Position numbers and translations under genes: made by a program. Positions 39,996 to 49,946 of a stretch of DNA of 64,000 nucleotides are shown in pieces. Every line of letters begins with the position of its first letter. Position 1 is the first letter of the stretch. The notes under the pieces were generated by a model. The model was not told where the DNA came from, ran no database searches, and saw only the letters and a program-made list of their open reading frames with translations. Source of the stretch: an uncultured bacterium (GTDB taxonomy: Bacteria > Patescibacteriota > Minisyncoccia > Phycocordibacterales > Phycocordibacteraceae); assembly GCA_963851445.1 (NCBI GenBank), contig CAWKPH010000001.1, positions 297,363 to 361,362 on the forward strand. The letters run 5' to 3'.

Positions 39996-40562
39996 ATGGA
40001 ATTCTCTTCATACCAAGAAACTCTTCTCAGAAAGAGGCAGATCCTCATCTACGGACGCATTGATGAAGTGATTGAAGAGTATATCGTGAAGGCAATCTTG
40101 CTGCTTAACGCAAGCAGCACTCGACGTACAATAACAATCTTCATCAATTCACGCGGAGGTGAAGTACATCCTAACAAGCATATCGTCGATGTAGTAGAAA
40201 ATTCAACAGCCCCTACGCACGGTATTGTACTCGGAAGAGCCTTTTCTTCAGCCTTCAATATCCTACAGGTTTGCACCAGGAGAATTGCATATCAAAATGC
40301 AGACCTTATGTACCACGCTTCCGATATGGCTGGTGTGCGTGTTGATGACAGGAAGTCGCGTGGGCGAATGATAAAGGAAATGGCCGCAACCCACGAAGAG
40401 TTTCTGAAATATCTGAGCGAAAGAAGCGGCCAGCCTGTGGAGCGTTGGAGAAGATGGTCTCTTACGCAGGAATACTTCACCGGTCGGCAGGCGATTCTGC
40501 TCGGTATTCTCGATGAGGTCATACGGCCGCGGAAGGATTTTCCAGAAGTCTTGGAAACATAA
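39996..40562 (+). CDS. Divergent ClpP-family protease
   Basis: INSRGG, 'GRAFSSA', 'LMYH' and 'YFTGRQAILLGILDEV'. Confidence 0.85.
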   Translation: MEFSSYQETLLRKRQILIYGRIDEVIEEYIVKAILLLNASSTRRTITIFINSRGGEVHPNKHIVDVVENSTAPTHGIVLGRAFSSAFNILQVCTRRIAYQNADLMYHASDMAGVRVDDRKSRGRMIKEMAATHEEFLKYLSERSGQPVERWRRWSLTQEYFTGRQAILLGILDEVIRPRKDFPEVLET

Positions 40563-40600
40563 GATATGAAAGGCCCGTCCATGAAGACGGGCCTACTTTG

Positions 40601-40673
40601 TGCGCGCTGAGGGACTTGAACCCCCGACCTTCTCGGTGTAAACGAGTTGCTCTACCAACTGAGCTAAGCGCGC
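40601..40673 (-). tRNA. tRNA-Val(UAC)
   Basis: Cloverleaf with loop TTTACAC. Confidence 0.95.
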
Positions 40674-40745
40674 GTATGGAGAGAATACCGCATTACCAAT
40701 ATTTTTTAAAGCAACTTTAACGCGCTATGCTAAGTTCACGTGTAT

Positions 40746-41438
40746 ATGGACGAACAAACAAATAAAGCACCCTACGCGATCGCGGTGATCATGGACGGGA
40801 ATCGCCGCTGGGCAAAGGAACAAGGAATTCCTCAGATGGAAGGTCATCGTGTGGGACTCGACAAGGTCAAAGAGCTACTCGAGTGGTGTAAGGAAGTGGG
40901 AGTAAAGGAGCTGACCTTATACGCCTTCTCAACAGAAAATTGGAACCGCGCTGAAGCCGAGGTGAAATATTTTATGGAACTTGTCGACAATGCGCTCGAT
41001 AACTCTTTTAATGAGGCGATTGCTGAAGGCGTTTGTGTGAGATTCATCGGCATTCGTAAAATGCTCCCTGAGCATATACAGCGAAAAATGGAAAAGCTCG
41101 AGCATGAGAGTAGGGAAGGGAAGAATGGTACATTCGTGCTCGCCCTTTCATACGGAGGTCGCGCGGAGATACTGTCAGCGGTAAATACCGTGCTCGATTC
41201 AGGACGCAAACAGGTCACCGAAGAAGAATTTAAAGAGGCGATGTGGAGTAAGGGACTTAAAGATCCTGATTTGATCATTCGTACCGGAGGCGACTACCGC
41301 CTCTCAAATTTTCTCACCTGGCAGTCGGTATACAGCGAGCTATTTTTTACCAATACGAAGTGGCCTGCTTTCTCGAAAGAAGAATTCCTTTCAATCTTAA
41401 AAGAATTTACAGAGCGTGAACGAAGGCACGGCAAATAG
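40746..41438 (+). CDS. uppS: Undecaprenyl diphosphate synthase
   Basis: IMDGNRRWA, YAFSTENWNR, SYGGR, DLIIRTGG..RLSNF. Confidence 0.96.
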   Translation: MDEQTNKAPYAIAVIMDGNRRWAKEQGIPQMEGHRVGLDKVKELLEWCKEVGVKELTLYAFSTENWNRAEAEVKYFMELVDNALDNSFNEAIAEGVCVRFIGIRKMLPEHIQRKMEKLEHESREGKNGTFVLALSYGGRAEILSAVNTVLDSGRKQVTEEEFKEAMWSKGLKDPDLIIRTGGDYRLSNFLTWQSVYSELFFTNTKWPAFSKEEFLSILKEFTERERRHGK

Positions 41439-41499
41439 CCATCTGCTCGGGAGTTTTATAGAAACAGCATTTGAGGGCCTCTGTGGTAGGGTGTTCTGT

Positions 41500-42312
41500 A
41501 TGGAGCTATCTATTCTCTACGAGGATGAGAATATCGTTGCAATTGATAAGCCGTCTGGAATGATGACACATCCCGATGGACGCCAGCAAAGTCAAAATGC
41601 GCTAGAGGCTCAGGAAACGGCAAGCGACTGGTTCGCTAGGCGATACCCCGGCTCAAAAGAGGTTGGAGAAACACAAAAACTTCAGGACGGTTCACTGATT
41701 ATGCGCCCCGGTGTTGTACATCGCCTTGATCGCGAGACTTCTGGGGTGTTGGTATTCGCAAAGACACAAGAAGCCCATGAATTCCTGAAAAATATATTTA
41801 AGGAACGGGAGGCTCATAAGACCTATCTCGCTTTTGTATATGGCGTGCCAAAGGAGAGAAGCGACAGCATTGATTTTGCGATTGGTCGCTCACGCAAAGA
41901 TTTTAGACTACGTAGCGCACAGCCCAAGGCAAAGGGCATGATGCGCGAAGCGTTAACGCGATATGTCATCGTAGGCGATATCGGTACCCACGCACTTCTC
42001 AAGGTGATGCCAGAAACCGGCCGCACGCACCAGATCCGTGTGCATCTAAAAGCAATTCATCATCCAGTGGTATGTGATCCTCTATACGCACCCAACCATC
42101 CCTGCGATCTTGGTTTCAACCGGCTTGGTCTCCATGCGTATCAACTCGACCTACCACTACTCCCAGCGGTTTTGCCAATGGCCCAAAATGATAAGGAAAA
42201 TCGGGAAGCGGGAACACTAGAGCGCATTACAATTACTGCACCAGTCCCACACGATCTTGAGCCTGCGCTTAACAAATTCGTAGAAGCAGCGGATATTATG
42301 CGCGCTCGGTAA
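41500..42312 (+). CDS. RluA/RluD family pseudouridine synthase
   Basis: DKPSG, VHRLDRETSG, TGRTHQIRVH. Confidence 0.93.
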   Translation: MELSILYEDENIVAIDKPSGMMTHPDGRQQSQNALEAQETASDWFARRYPGSKEVGETQKLQDGSLIMRPGVVHRLDRETSGVLVFAKTQEAHEFLKNIFKEREAHKTYLAFVYGVPKERSDSIDFAIGRSRKDFRLRSAQPKAKGMMREALTRYVIVGDIGTHALLKVMPETGRTHQIRVHLKAIHHPVVCDPLYAPNHPCDLGFNRLGLHAYQLDLPLLPAVLPMAQNDKENREAGTLERITITAPVPHDLEPALNKFVEAADIMRAR

Positions 42313-42329
42313 CCTAAGACTGTAGGCCT

Positions 42330-43115
42330 ATGCGTATAGATTTCTTTGAAGAATACCCAGCGGAATGTCTTGAAATCGCAGCTCGTCTCCCATTTCCTTC
42401 TACAATCTACATCGCAGCTCACTCGGTAGGTGAATTCTTCGAATACCGCGACAAACTAAAAGTAATAAATCCAAATTGCGAAGCTGCATACTGGCCACTA
42501 CTCCCGCACTCATACTGGGTCTCACCACTCTCATTTCCTCAAGAGCTCGAGACGATTATAGCCGAACTTGAGGGATGTACAGATGAGTCGTTTCCCGTGT
42601 TAATTGATCTTGAACTACCAATCCTCCAGAAACATCTCTTTTTAAAAAATTGTAAACATTTTTTCTCAAACAAGAGACGTATCAAACGCCTCCTTACACT
42701 TCCTCAGCGTACAAAACTTTCTATACGCACCGCAGAATATTGGTATTCGGTCGGATGGGCGAAGTTCCTTACGCAGCTGGCCGGAGTTTCCTATCCGAAA
42801 CTGACTGATCATACACCTCTCATTATGTGGTACCCGAGCATTCTGCGCGCTCTTGATAAGAATCTTCTCTCAACCGACAATTACATGCGCAAATATTTGT
42901 CTAAAGCGTTAGCACGTAGAAATGTCGAACTTGCATACGGAGCACTCTCTATTGGAGTTTTCGAAAAAGAACCAATCGTAACTCCTGAAGCACTACGTAA
43001 AGACCTGTATTTCATGAAGAATGCAGGGGCTACGCGCATCACTATTTTTCGTCTCGAGGGAGTGACAGACAAGATGCTAGAGATCTTGGAACCCTATGCT
43101 CGCGAAGAGTCATAA
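42330..43115 (+). CDS. Hypothetical protein
   Basis: 261-aa ORF with alpha/beta alternation. Confidence 0.65.
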   Translation: MRIDFFEEYPAECLEIAARLPFPSTIYIAAHSVGEFFEYRDKLKVINPNCEAAYWPLLPHSYWVSPLSFPQELETIIAELEGCTDESFPVLIDLELPILQKHLFLKNCKHFFSNKRRIKRLLTLPQRTKLSIRTAEYWYSVGWAKFLTQLAGVSYPKLTDHTPLIMWYPSILRALDKNLLSTDNYMRKYLSKALARRNVELAYGALSIGVFEKEPIVTPEALRKDLYFMKNAGATRITIFRLEGVTDKMLEILEPYAREES

Positions 43116-43180
43116 GCGGCTTGGCTTACTGTGAAGATGATTTTGCTTTTAACGAGAGGCCGTGTTACAGTTTTGCCACT

Positions 43181-43723
43181 ATGAATTCCGTTATTACCCC
43201 GGTTAAGACCGATGAGCGCACCAAGCTTGGCATTTCTGCTGGGGATACCGTTCGTGTCCATCAGAAGATCGTTGAGAAAGGGAAAACTCGCATCCAAACG
43301 TTCGAAGGTCTTGTTATTGCCGTAAAGCACGGGAATGAAGCCGGTGGCACCTTTACCGTCCGTGCAACCCTTTCGGGCGTAGGCGTTGAGAAAATATTTC
43401 CACTCTACGCTCCCTTTATAGAGAGTATCGAAATAGTTCGTCGTTCCAAGGTTCGTCGCGCAAAACTCTACTTTATCCGCGAAAAGGTTGCTCGTGACGT
43501 TCGTCGCCAGCTCCGCAATATGCGTCTGGTTAATATCTCGTCGACAGACTTTGTTGAAGAAGAGGTTCCAGAAAGCGCTGCTGCCGAGACTCCAGAACCT
43601 AGTGCTGAAATAATGGAAGGGAATGAAGATACCTCTACAGAATCAAACCAGACTGAGGAGAGTCCGGTAGAAGATGAAAAGGAAACCGCTGAAGAGGGTG
43701 CAGTCGAACCAGAAGTCTCCTAG
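43181..43723 (+). CDS. rplS: 50S ribosomal protein L19 with acidic C-terminal extension
   Basis: [31 protein letters not shown]. Confidence 0.96.
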   Translation: MNSVITPVKTDERTKLGISAGDTVRVHQKIVEKGKTRIQTFEGLVIAVKHGNEAGGTFTVRATLSGVGVEKIFPLYAPFIESIEIVRRSKVRRAKLYFIREKVARDVRRQLRNMRLVNISSTDFVEEEVPESAAAETPEPSAEIMEGNEDTSTESNQTEESPVEDEKETAEEGAVEPEVS

Positions 43724-43771
43724 TTTTTATTGAAAATCCAAGCTGAAGTGAGTATAGTGAGCAGACACCTT

Positions 43772-43855
43772 GCCCAGGTGGCGAAATTGGTAGACGTACC
43801 ACCTTGAGGTGGTGGCGCCCGTTAGGGCATGGAGGTTCGAGTCCTCTCCTGGGCA
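43772..43855 (+). tRNA. tRNA-Leu(GAG)
   Basis: Long variable arm, loop TTGAGGT. Confidence 0.95.
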
Positions 43856-43867
43856 CTTTATATCTTT

Positions 43868-44440
43868 ATGGCACTTTACACTGGCAAAGGAGATGGAGGT
43901 ACAACAAAAGTATTCGGCTGCGATCAACAACGCATCTCGAAATCTTCAGAATTGCCTGAAGCGCTCGGTACACTCGACGAACTCAATTCATTTCTCGGGC
44001 TTTGCAAAGTGTATGCGCAGAACGCCCCAGGCCCGAGGGTGCCAATAGGAAAGAAAACACGCTCACTTTCCCAAGTGCTCGATGAGATTCAGCAAAATCT
44101 TTTTATCGTGCAAGCGGAAACCGCTGGCGCGCCAAAAAAATTAGGGAAGGCAAAGGTCACACAGTCGGAATTAATCATCAACACGATAGAAAAAGCCATG
44201 CCGCCCATCACAACCTTTACGGTCGCCGGAGGCACTGAACTTTCTGCACAACTCGACGTCGCGCGCACAATGAGCCGGCGTGCGGAGCGTCGGTTAGTCG
44301 CAGTTGCAGAAACCGGACAACGCACACTTTCACCGAACACGAAGGCGTATATGAATCGTTTATCGTCACTTCTTTTCGCACTTGCACGGTATGCAAATAC
44401 TGAGGCAGGTATCGATCGAGAATCTCCAAAGTACGTTTAG
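43868..44440 (+). CDS. PduO-type cob(I)alamin adenosyltransferase
   Basis: YTGKGDGGTT, GTLDELNS, ARTMSRRAER, YMNRLSSLLF..AR. Confidence 0.92.
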   Translation: MALYTGKGDGGTTKVFGCDQQRISKSSELPEALGTLDELNSFLGLCKVYAQNAPGPRVPIGKKTRSLSQVLDEIQQNLFIVQAETAGAPKKLGKAKVTQSELIINTIEKAMPPITTFTVAGGTELSAQLDVARTMSRRAERRLVAVAETGQRTLSPNTKAYMNRLSSLLFALARYANTEAGIDRESPKYV

Positions 44441-44523
44441 AGCTTCCGAACACGTCCTTTGCGTGGTATAAGAACCAAGTCACTCGTTGCTCGTGTATAT
44501 TTTGCAAACTGGAGTGGCAACAT

Positions 44524-44596
44524 GGCGGCCTTAGCTCAGCGGTAGAGCTCCTGGTTGTGGTCCAGGCGGTCGTGGGTTCGATCCCCACAGGTCGCC
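44524..44596 (+). tRNA. tRNA-His(GUG), integration target
   Basis: G-1, loop TTGTGGT, C discriminator. Confidence 0.95.
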
Positions 44597-46060
44597 CCCA
44601 AAGGTGCTTAATATAACTTTTTCTTTGGAGTCTGATTCCACTTCCAGTGGAATACCTCTCTGCGCCTTGTAAGATATGGCTCCTACGGCCTCTAAAGCCT
44701 CCACGATGGGCGATTTGGTGGCCTTAGTGATAAGACGCTTCTGTGCCTCAAAACGCTCCCAAAAGAGCCCTAAGTAGAGGCGTTTTAGTTCCGGCTTGGC
44801 ATCTTCGTATGTTGATCCGATATCCCGCAAAAGTGCTAATACTTGCTGGATAGTATCCACCTTGATGTTCTTAGAGCGCTCCAGCTTAAAGAGCTCGTCA
44901 TCTATCCCTTCGATTTCCGCTCGATAGCGAGCTTTCAACCGCGAGAAGCTCTCATCATCCAATATGCGAGCAATGAGTTTCTCTTCAGCAAACCCCAGTT
45001 TTTCTTCAAGAGCCCCGCGTGTTTTTTCCAGACGTAATCTCTTTTGTTTTACAGAGTTGCGCTTAGCTTGATATACACCATCCAACCTAGCTTCTGCTTT
45101 CTTCAGAAAAGCTTCCGAGAATTGTATTTTGTTAAAATGCTCCTGCACCTGCGACTCCAAGTCTGCAACTTCTACGTACCTGTCTGCACATTTTCCAGCG
45201 TCTCCAACTAATTTCCGATTGCCGTAATGGCTGCAATGGTAATAGGATTTAGCTTTTCTCACATTATGCTCCGCAGTATATCTATAGCCGCATAGTGCGC
45301 ACCATACAAAACCGCGAAGTATGAAATTAAACTTACGACGTTTGCAGCGTCTCCCATTATGTTCGTTCGCTATGGCTTGGCAACGGTCGAACGTATCTTG
45401 ATCAATAAGCGGTTCGTGCTTTCCTGCGCCAATCAGCCCATGCCAACGCATTTCTCCGTAGTAGAAGTGATTCTGAAGTAGTGTAGTCATCTTGCCGTGA
45501 GCGAGATGTTTACCAGTGCGTGATCTAAATCCTTGCCGAGTTAGGATGTCTCTCACCTCGATAACAGAATAATCCCCAGTAGCGTACATCTTGAAAGCTT
45601 CCGTAATGAAATGTCCGCGTTCAGGATCAACTATCACTGTGCGATGTTTCTCCCCACCCTCACCAGCAACATTCAAATATCCGATAGCTACATGAGTCGG
45701 CCAGCCACCATCACGAAACTTCTGCTCGAGACTCTTAATAGTTTTTCGTGATGTCATCTGAGATTGGAATTGATTCACGCCGGCAATAACCAGATCCATG
45801 AAGTTCCCCTCGGGCGTGTCTTCAAGTCCAGGTTGCGATACGGATACTAGTTGTACGTCGCGTTTGCGTAAGAGAGCTTTGATGACCAAGTGATCATTTG
45901 CGTTTCGCGCTAATCTGTCAGTGTCCTGCACAAAGACAGCTTTTACATTTTTATCTTCTTGTACTCGGAGAAGTAAGTCTTGAAGCCCTGGCCTATTCAT
46001 CGTAGTTGCACTCTTGCCAGGATCTTCATATACGCCGTCTTCGGCTAATCGGTAAGTTCC
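44531..46060 (-). pseudogene. Large serine recombinase lacking the N-terminal catalytic-Ser segment; 3' end reads into antisense tRNA-His
   Basis: 'EDPGKSATTMNRPGLQ', DRLARN, recombinase domain, CxxC zinc ribbon and coiled-coil; an in-frame stop lies upstream and no YxRxS motif is present. Confidence 0.85.
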
Positions 46061-46734
46061 ACTTTCGGGTGATTATCGTGCTTACTGTCATCGCTCTTGC
46101 GTTGACCCTGCTGTTTAGGTGGCAGGATCAAAATCAAGCAGAGACCCCTTTCTTTCAATACCGGTATGATGCCCAAACAGATGCCATAGATATCGACACG
46201 ACGAATGATTTTGATGTGAGCACTATCCAGTGGTATGTGCCAAACGCGACTGGAACTTCGACGGGTCAGGTTTCTGGCGGGGAGATGGCGATAGAAGATA
46301 TTGTATCAGCAGCGGAAGAGAATCTTCCCTCGGGAGAATATTCTTACACTTATCCAAATAGTTTAGACGGGTACGTCAGATGTCAGTTACTTAACCAATT
46401 CACTCTCGATGATGACTCTACTTCCACCCAACCTTTGGATGGCTATCCAATTATGGTCAGAACGTTTTACACCTACAAAGGTGCGCTTACTGAACCAAAA
46501 GAAGACCTAGGAGTGATATGGCTCAGTGAGACTAGCTTAAATACTCCTGTAGTCTCTTCAGTCGATAACTTGTCTTCCTCGGATTGGAATATACTCCTTG
46601 CGAGCGGTGATAGAGAGTGGGCGCGGGTGTTGCAAAGGATTCCTTTCGATTCCCAAACAAAGTACCTAACAGATGATGGCCATTGCATGCAGATGGGATA
46701 TTCGGTGCCCACAGTCCATGTGAACCCAAGCTAG
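46060..46734 (+). CDS. Membrane-anchored hypothetical protein, probably 5'-truncated
   Basis: TM helix followed by an acidic extracellular domain; abuts the truncated recombinase head-to-head. Confidence 0.5.
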   Translation, partial: HFRVIIVLTVIALALTLLFRWQDQNQAETPFFQYRYDAQTDAIDIDTTNDFDVSTIQWYVPNATGTSTGQVSGGEMAIEDIVSAAEENLPSGEYSYTYPNSLDGYVRCQLLNQFTLDDDSTSTQPLDGYPIMVRTFYTYKGALTEPKEDLGVIWLSETSLNTPVVSSVDNLSSSDWNILLASGDREWARVLQRIPFDSQTKYLTDDGHCMQMGYSVPTVHVNPS

Positions 46735-46875
46735 GTTCTGAATGCCGCTATTAGGTTTAGTTTTTCCCTGATACCCGCCATGTACTCTGGATCGGATAGA
46801 ATAGTTAGATAGTCCGCACCCCTCCCGCCCTCGTTTTTCAGTCTTTATGTACGGGCTTCCACAGCGTGGGAGCAA
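46731..46875 (-). repeat. att-like repeat copy 1 (encodes GGRGADYLTILSDPEYMAGIRGKLNLIAAFRT*)
   Basis: CCCGCCATGTACTCTGGATC...GTTAGATAGTCCGCACCCCTCCCGCCC. Confidence 0.85.
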
Positions 46876-46960
46876 CGAGAATCGAACTTTAAACGCTAGT
46901 TGATTTGTTTGATATGAAAAGCCCCGCGAATTGCTTCACGGGGCTCTAAGAGCACTATAT

Positions 46961-47680
46961 TTATCCGCCAGCCAGACGTACCGCACCGTAGAGCACAGCT
47001 GCTCCGAGAAACGTCATCAGCGTAGTGCCAAGACGCGGATGACGATGGTAGCTCTCGGGTATCAAGTCGCTTGCCCCCAAATACAAGAAGGAACCCACAA
47101 AGACCGCGAGCACCAACCCAATCGTTCCGTCAGGGATACGAAAGAAAAGCGTTGAAGCGGCACCCAATATCGGCGCGATTGCATCGACAAGGAGCCACTG
47201 AAGCGCCAACTTCCAGGCACCTCCGTTTCGTAGGATGAGGCTAGCAGTGTTGATGCCATCGGAGAAGTCGTGGGTAAGTACGGCCACAGCCACAATAATG
47301 CCGATGGCGGGGGATGCTTGGAACCCGATGCCGATCGCTACACCATCAAGAAAGCTGTGCATCGAGAGCGTTACGGCGCCGAACACACCACGAGGCATAT
47401 TCAGGTCACTTTCTTCCTCGTGCGTGCGAAGAAGCATGAGACGATCGAGTGTGAGGTACGCAAGGAAGCCGAGTGCAACGAAGAGCGCGACTGTTGCGGG
47501 CGCATGATACTTGGTTCCAAGTTCGATTGACTCAGGCAGAAGGTCAAAGAGCGCCACTGCCACGATGGCTCCCGCTGAAAAGCCAAGAACGAGGTGCAGC
47601 TTATCGCGGAAGCGTATGGCGAACGAGCCACCGATTAAGGTCGCAACGCAGGCTCCGCCCGCGATGAGGATCACTAACAT
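46961..47680 (-). CDS. ZIP family metal transporter
   Basis: GFSAG, LLPES, HSFLDG, HDFSDG, DLIPE. Confidence 0.92.
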   Translation of the reverse strand: MLVILIAGGACVATLIGGSFAIRFRDKLHLVLGFSAGAIVAVALFDLLPESIELGTKYHAPATVALFVALGFLAYLTLDRLMLLRTHEEESDLNMPRGVFGAVTLSMHSFLDGVAIGIGFQASPAIGIIVAVAVLTHDFSDGINTASLILRNGGAWKLALQWLLVDAIAPILGAASTLFFRIPDGTIGLVLAVFVGSFLYLGASDLIPESYHRHPRLGTTLMTFLGAAVLYGAVRLAGG

Positions 47681-47720
47681 GACGAGTCTCCAGGGTTCAG
47701 TCTCTCTGCTGCTGATACTA

Positions 47721-47737
47721 ATGCAATCTTATTGCAT
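47721..47737. promoter_or_regulatory. Fur/Zur-like palindrome upstream of the ZIP gene
   Basis: ATGCAATCTTATTGCAT. Confidence 0.65.
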
Positions 47738-47748
47738 CTGCAAATATC

Positions 47749-48192
47749 TTATTTATCTAACTTCGCTCTACACTTCTTACACAACCCGAAAAACTCAAGC
47801 GAGTAATCCTTAACCGATGCGAATCCCTTGCTTCGCTTCAATGCTTCCTTTGTTGATACGGTCGGATGGGGGAGTTCTATATCTTCTACGTATCCGCAGT
47901 TGGTGCAAACGATGTGATGGTGATGAGGACGGCCAACGACGAGTTCGTAGTGGGCATGGCCATGCCGAAGATCAGAACGTTCGACAATGCCTGCATCAGC
48001 CAGAAGTTCAAGGTTTCGATAGAGCGTCACTTCGTTGATGCCTTTCCCAACCTTCTTCTGAAGTTCTTCGATGGTGAGTGGCTTGGGTTCTTTTCCAAGC
48101 ACCTCAAGAATCTTCACGCGCCCAGGCGTTATTTTTGAACCAAGACCCTTCAGTAGGGCTTCTGGTTGAACGGCGCTGTTCTTCATAGCCAT
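47749..48192 (-). CDS. Fur/Zur family transcriptional repressor
   Basis: TPGR, TLYRNL, HHHHIVCTNCG, GLCKKC. Confidence 0.93.
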   Translation of the reverse strand: MAMKNSAVQPEALLKGLGSKITPGRVKILEVLGKEPKPLTIEELQKKVGKGINEVTLYRNLELLADAGIVERSDLRHGHAHYELVVGRPHHHHIVCTNCGYVEDIELPHPTVSTKEALKRSKGFASVKDYSLEFFGLCKKCRAKLDK

Positions 48193-48250
48193 ATACTACC
48201 GTAGAATGGAGTATTTTTGCAGTTAACCAGAACAGGTACGTTATACACAA

Positions 48251-48267
48251 GTGCAAAGTTCTTGCAT
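48251..48267. promoter_or_regulatory. Fur/Zur-like palindrome in the divergent promoter
   Basis: GTGCAAAGTTCTTGCAT. Confidence 0.6.
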
Positions 48268-48325
48268 TTATAGCTTTCTAGCAGTATACTGTCTTCAGGC
48301 CTTTCAGCAACGGGAGACATGAAGA

Positions 48326-48649
48326 ATGAAGGCAACACTTGCTCTTTTCGAAACCCATACGGGAGGTGAGCAGTTGCGTCTCTATTTCCCAACATGGGAA
48401 GTGGGCGGGCGCACGCTCAAGGGCGTTAACGTGCTTCCGCATCGCTGTGATCCGTCCGTATGCGAATACGGAGATCACGTCCATGTGGGGGTATACGACG
48501 AGCCGATCCGCATTGTCAACGAAGACTACGCGACGCTCACCGACGAACAGTCAGCGGCGATCACGGACTACCTTCGTGGTCAACTGGCCGTGGATTACTT
48601 GATCTACGTCTTCGAGAACCTCATCAACGAGTCCACCCAAGCCGCATAG
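48326..48649 (+). CDS. Hypothetical His/Cys-rich protein
   Basis: 'PHRCDPSVCEYGDHVH'; GC3-rich. Confidence 0.65.
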   Translation: MKATLALFETHTGGEQLRLYFPTWEVGGRTLKGVNVLPHRCDPSVCEYGDHVHVGVYDEPIRIVNEDYATLTDEQSAAITDYLRGQLAVDYLIYVFENLINESTQAA

Positions 48650-48671
48650 CGGCACATCAAGGAGAAGTAAG

Positions 48672-49439
48672 TTGGAAGCACTCACTGCGGTCATGAAAGA
48701 CCACCCTGCGCTCCGTGCGAACGGACAGCGCACGATTTACGGTTACTTCGACGAGGGCGACATTCCGCTCCTCACGAAGGCCTATCCCCGCATCGGGGAA
48801 GGCGTGATCGGAAGGATTTCGCGGGCGATCAACGCCCCGCGCCTCCTCGAAGTCACGACCATCCTCGAGGTGGTGCACCGCTACCTTGAAGGGTCGTTCT
48901 CGAAGATTCGCGGCCTCGGCATCAACGCCGTCTCAAACCCTCTCTCCGTCCTCTTCTGGAACGGGGAGCAGGAACGGGTCCAGCGCATCAAGACGCGTGA
49001 AAGCGAACTGATGCACGGCGCGTGCGAGAAACTCGCGCTCCGCACCGACGGCGTCGCCAAGGTGAACGAGATTCTCGCAGAGTTGTTCGGCCTGCGCCTC
49101 GCCTTCGGCTGTTCGTGCTGCGCAATCGTGGTCAAGGTGTCGGACGCGCAGGCGCTCTTCGCCTCCGAGCACTATCACAATCGGGAGACCTTCGGGCGTC
49201 TTTTCGACTCTGACGTGCTCTGCGTAACGGGCGACCTACTCGAGGCCGATTCGGTTGCCGATCTTCCGTCGGACATCCTCGACGCCTCGTCCGACTTTCA
49301 CGAAGCGGAAGTCGCGAGCTACGTCCGCTTCGCGCGGGTGAACGAAATGACCGTGGCGACCAACATCGTCGCGTTCAATCCTCCCGTCGATGCGAGTCTC
49401 GTGGAGTTCCTCAAGGGGAACGCCCGCCTCGCCGCCTGA
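48672..49439 (+). CDS. Hypothetical protein with a CSCC motif
   Basis: AAGGAG SD before TTG, GC3-rich, terminator at 49468-49500. Confidence 0.7.
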   Translation: MEALTAVMKDHPALRANGQRTIYGYFDEGDIPLLTKAYPRIGEGVIGRISRAINAPRLLEVTTILEVVHRYLEGSFSKIRGLGINAVSNPLSVLFWNGEQERVQRIKTRESELMHGACEKLALRTDGVAKVNEILAELFGLRLAFGCSCCAIVVKVSDAQALFASEHYHNRETFGRLFDSDVLCVTGDLLEADSVADLPSDILDASSDFHEAEVASYVRFARVNEMTVATNIVAFNPPVDASLVEFLKGNARLAA

Positions 49440-49520
49440 CATCGGGCACTTCGCCCGCTTAAGGCACAAGGGTTCCGTCACAAGCGGAACCCTTTTTCTT
49501 TATCATTTATTTATATCTCC

Positions 49521-49922
49521 ATGCTTACTAACTATCTTATCGTCGCTTCTGCTATCGCCGTCGCATCACTTCTATGGTGGGCATGGCTTGATGATCACCC
49601 AGCATTTCATGTATGGGTAAAAAGCATACCGTTCTTCGGACAGCCGCTCGACTGTAGTGTTTGCTTTCCTATGTGGCTCACGTTTTTTGCGATGTTCTTC
49701 TTCCAGCCACTTGCGACTCCCATCGCATTGCTACTTCCGTGGAATAATGTTTTCGGCGTAATTGGACGTTTTATTCTCGAATGGTTCTCTGTGGGAGCAG
49801 GCATGTTCCTTATTCGACACTCAATCTTTGCACTTCGAGAGGCTGGCGCAGTTCTTAATCACAAGCATAAGAAGAATCACGAGGATGATGAGCGTGAGCA
49901 ACAGAAAATGATGAGTGCGTAA
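49521..49922 (+). CDS. DUF1360-like membrane protein
   Basis: 'PLDCSVCFPMW' CxxC..W motif between TMs. Confidence 0.55.
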   Translation: MLTNYLIVASAIAVASLLWWAWLDDHPAFHVWVKSIPFFGQPLDCSVCFPMWLTFFAMFFFQPLATPIALLLPWNNVFGVIGRFILEWFSVGAGMFLIRHSIFALREAGAVLNHKHKKNHEDDEREQQKMMSA

Positions 49923-49946
49923 GATAACGTTTGTGTAAGAAGTATA

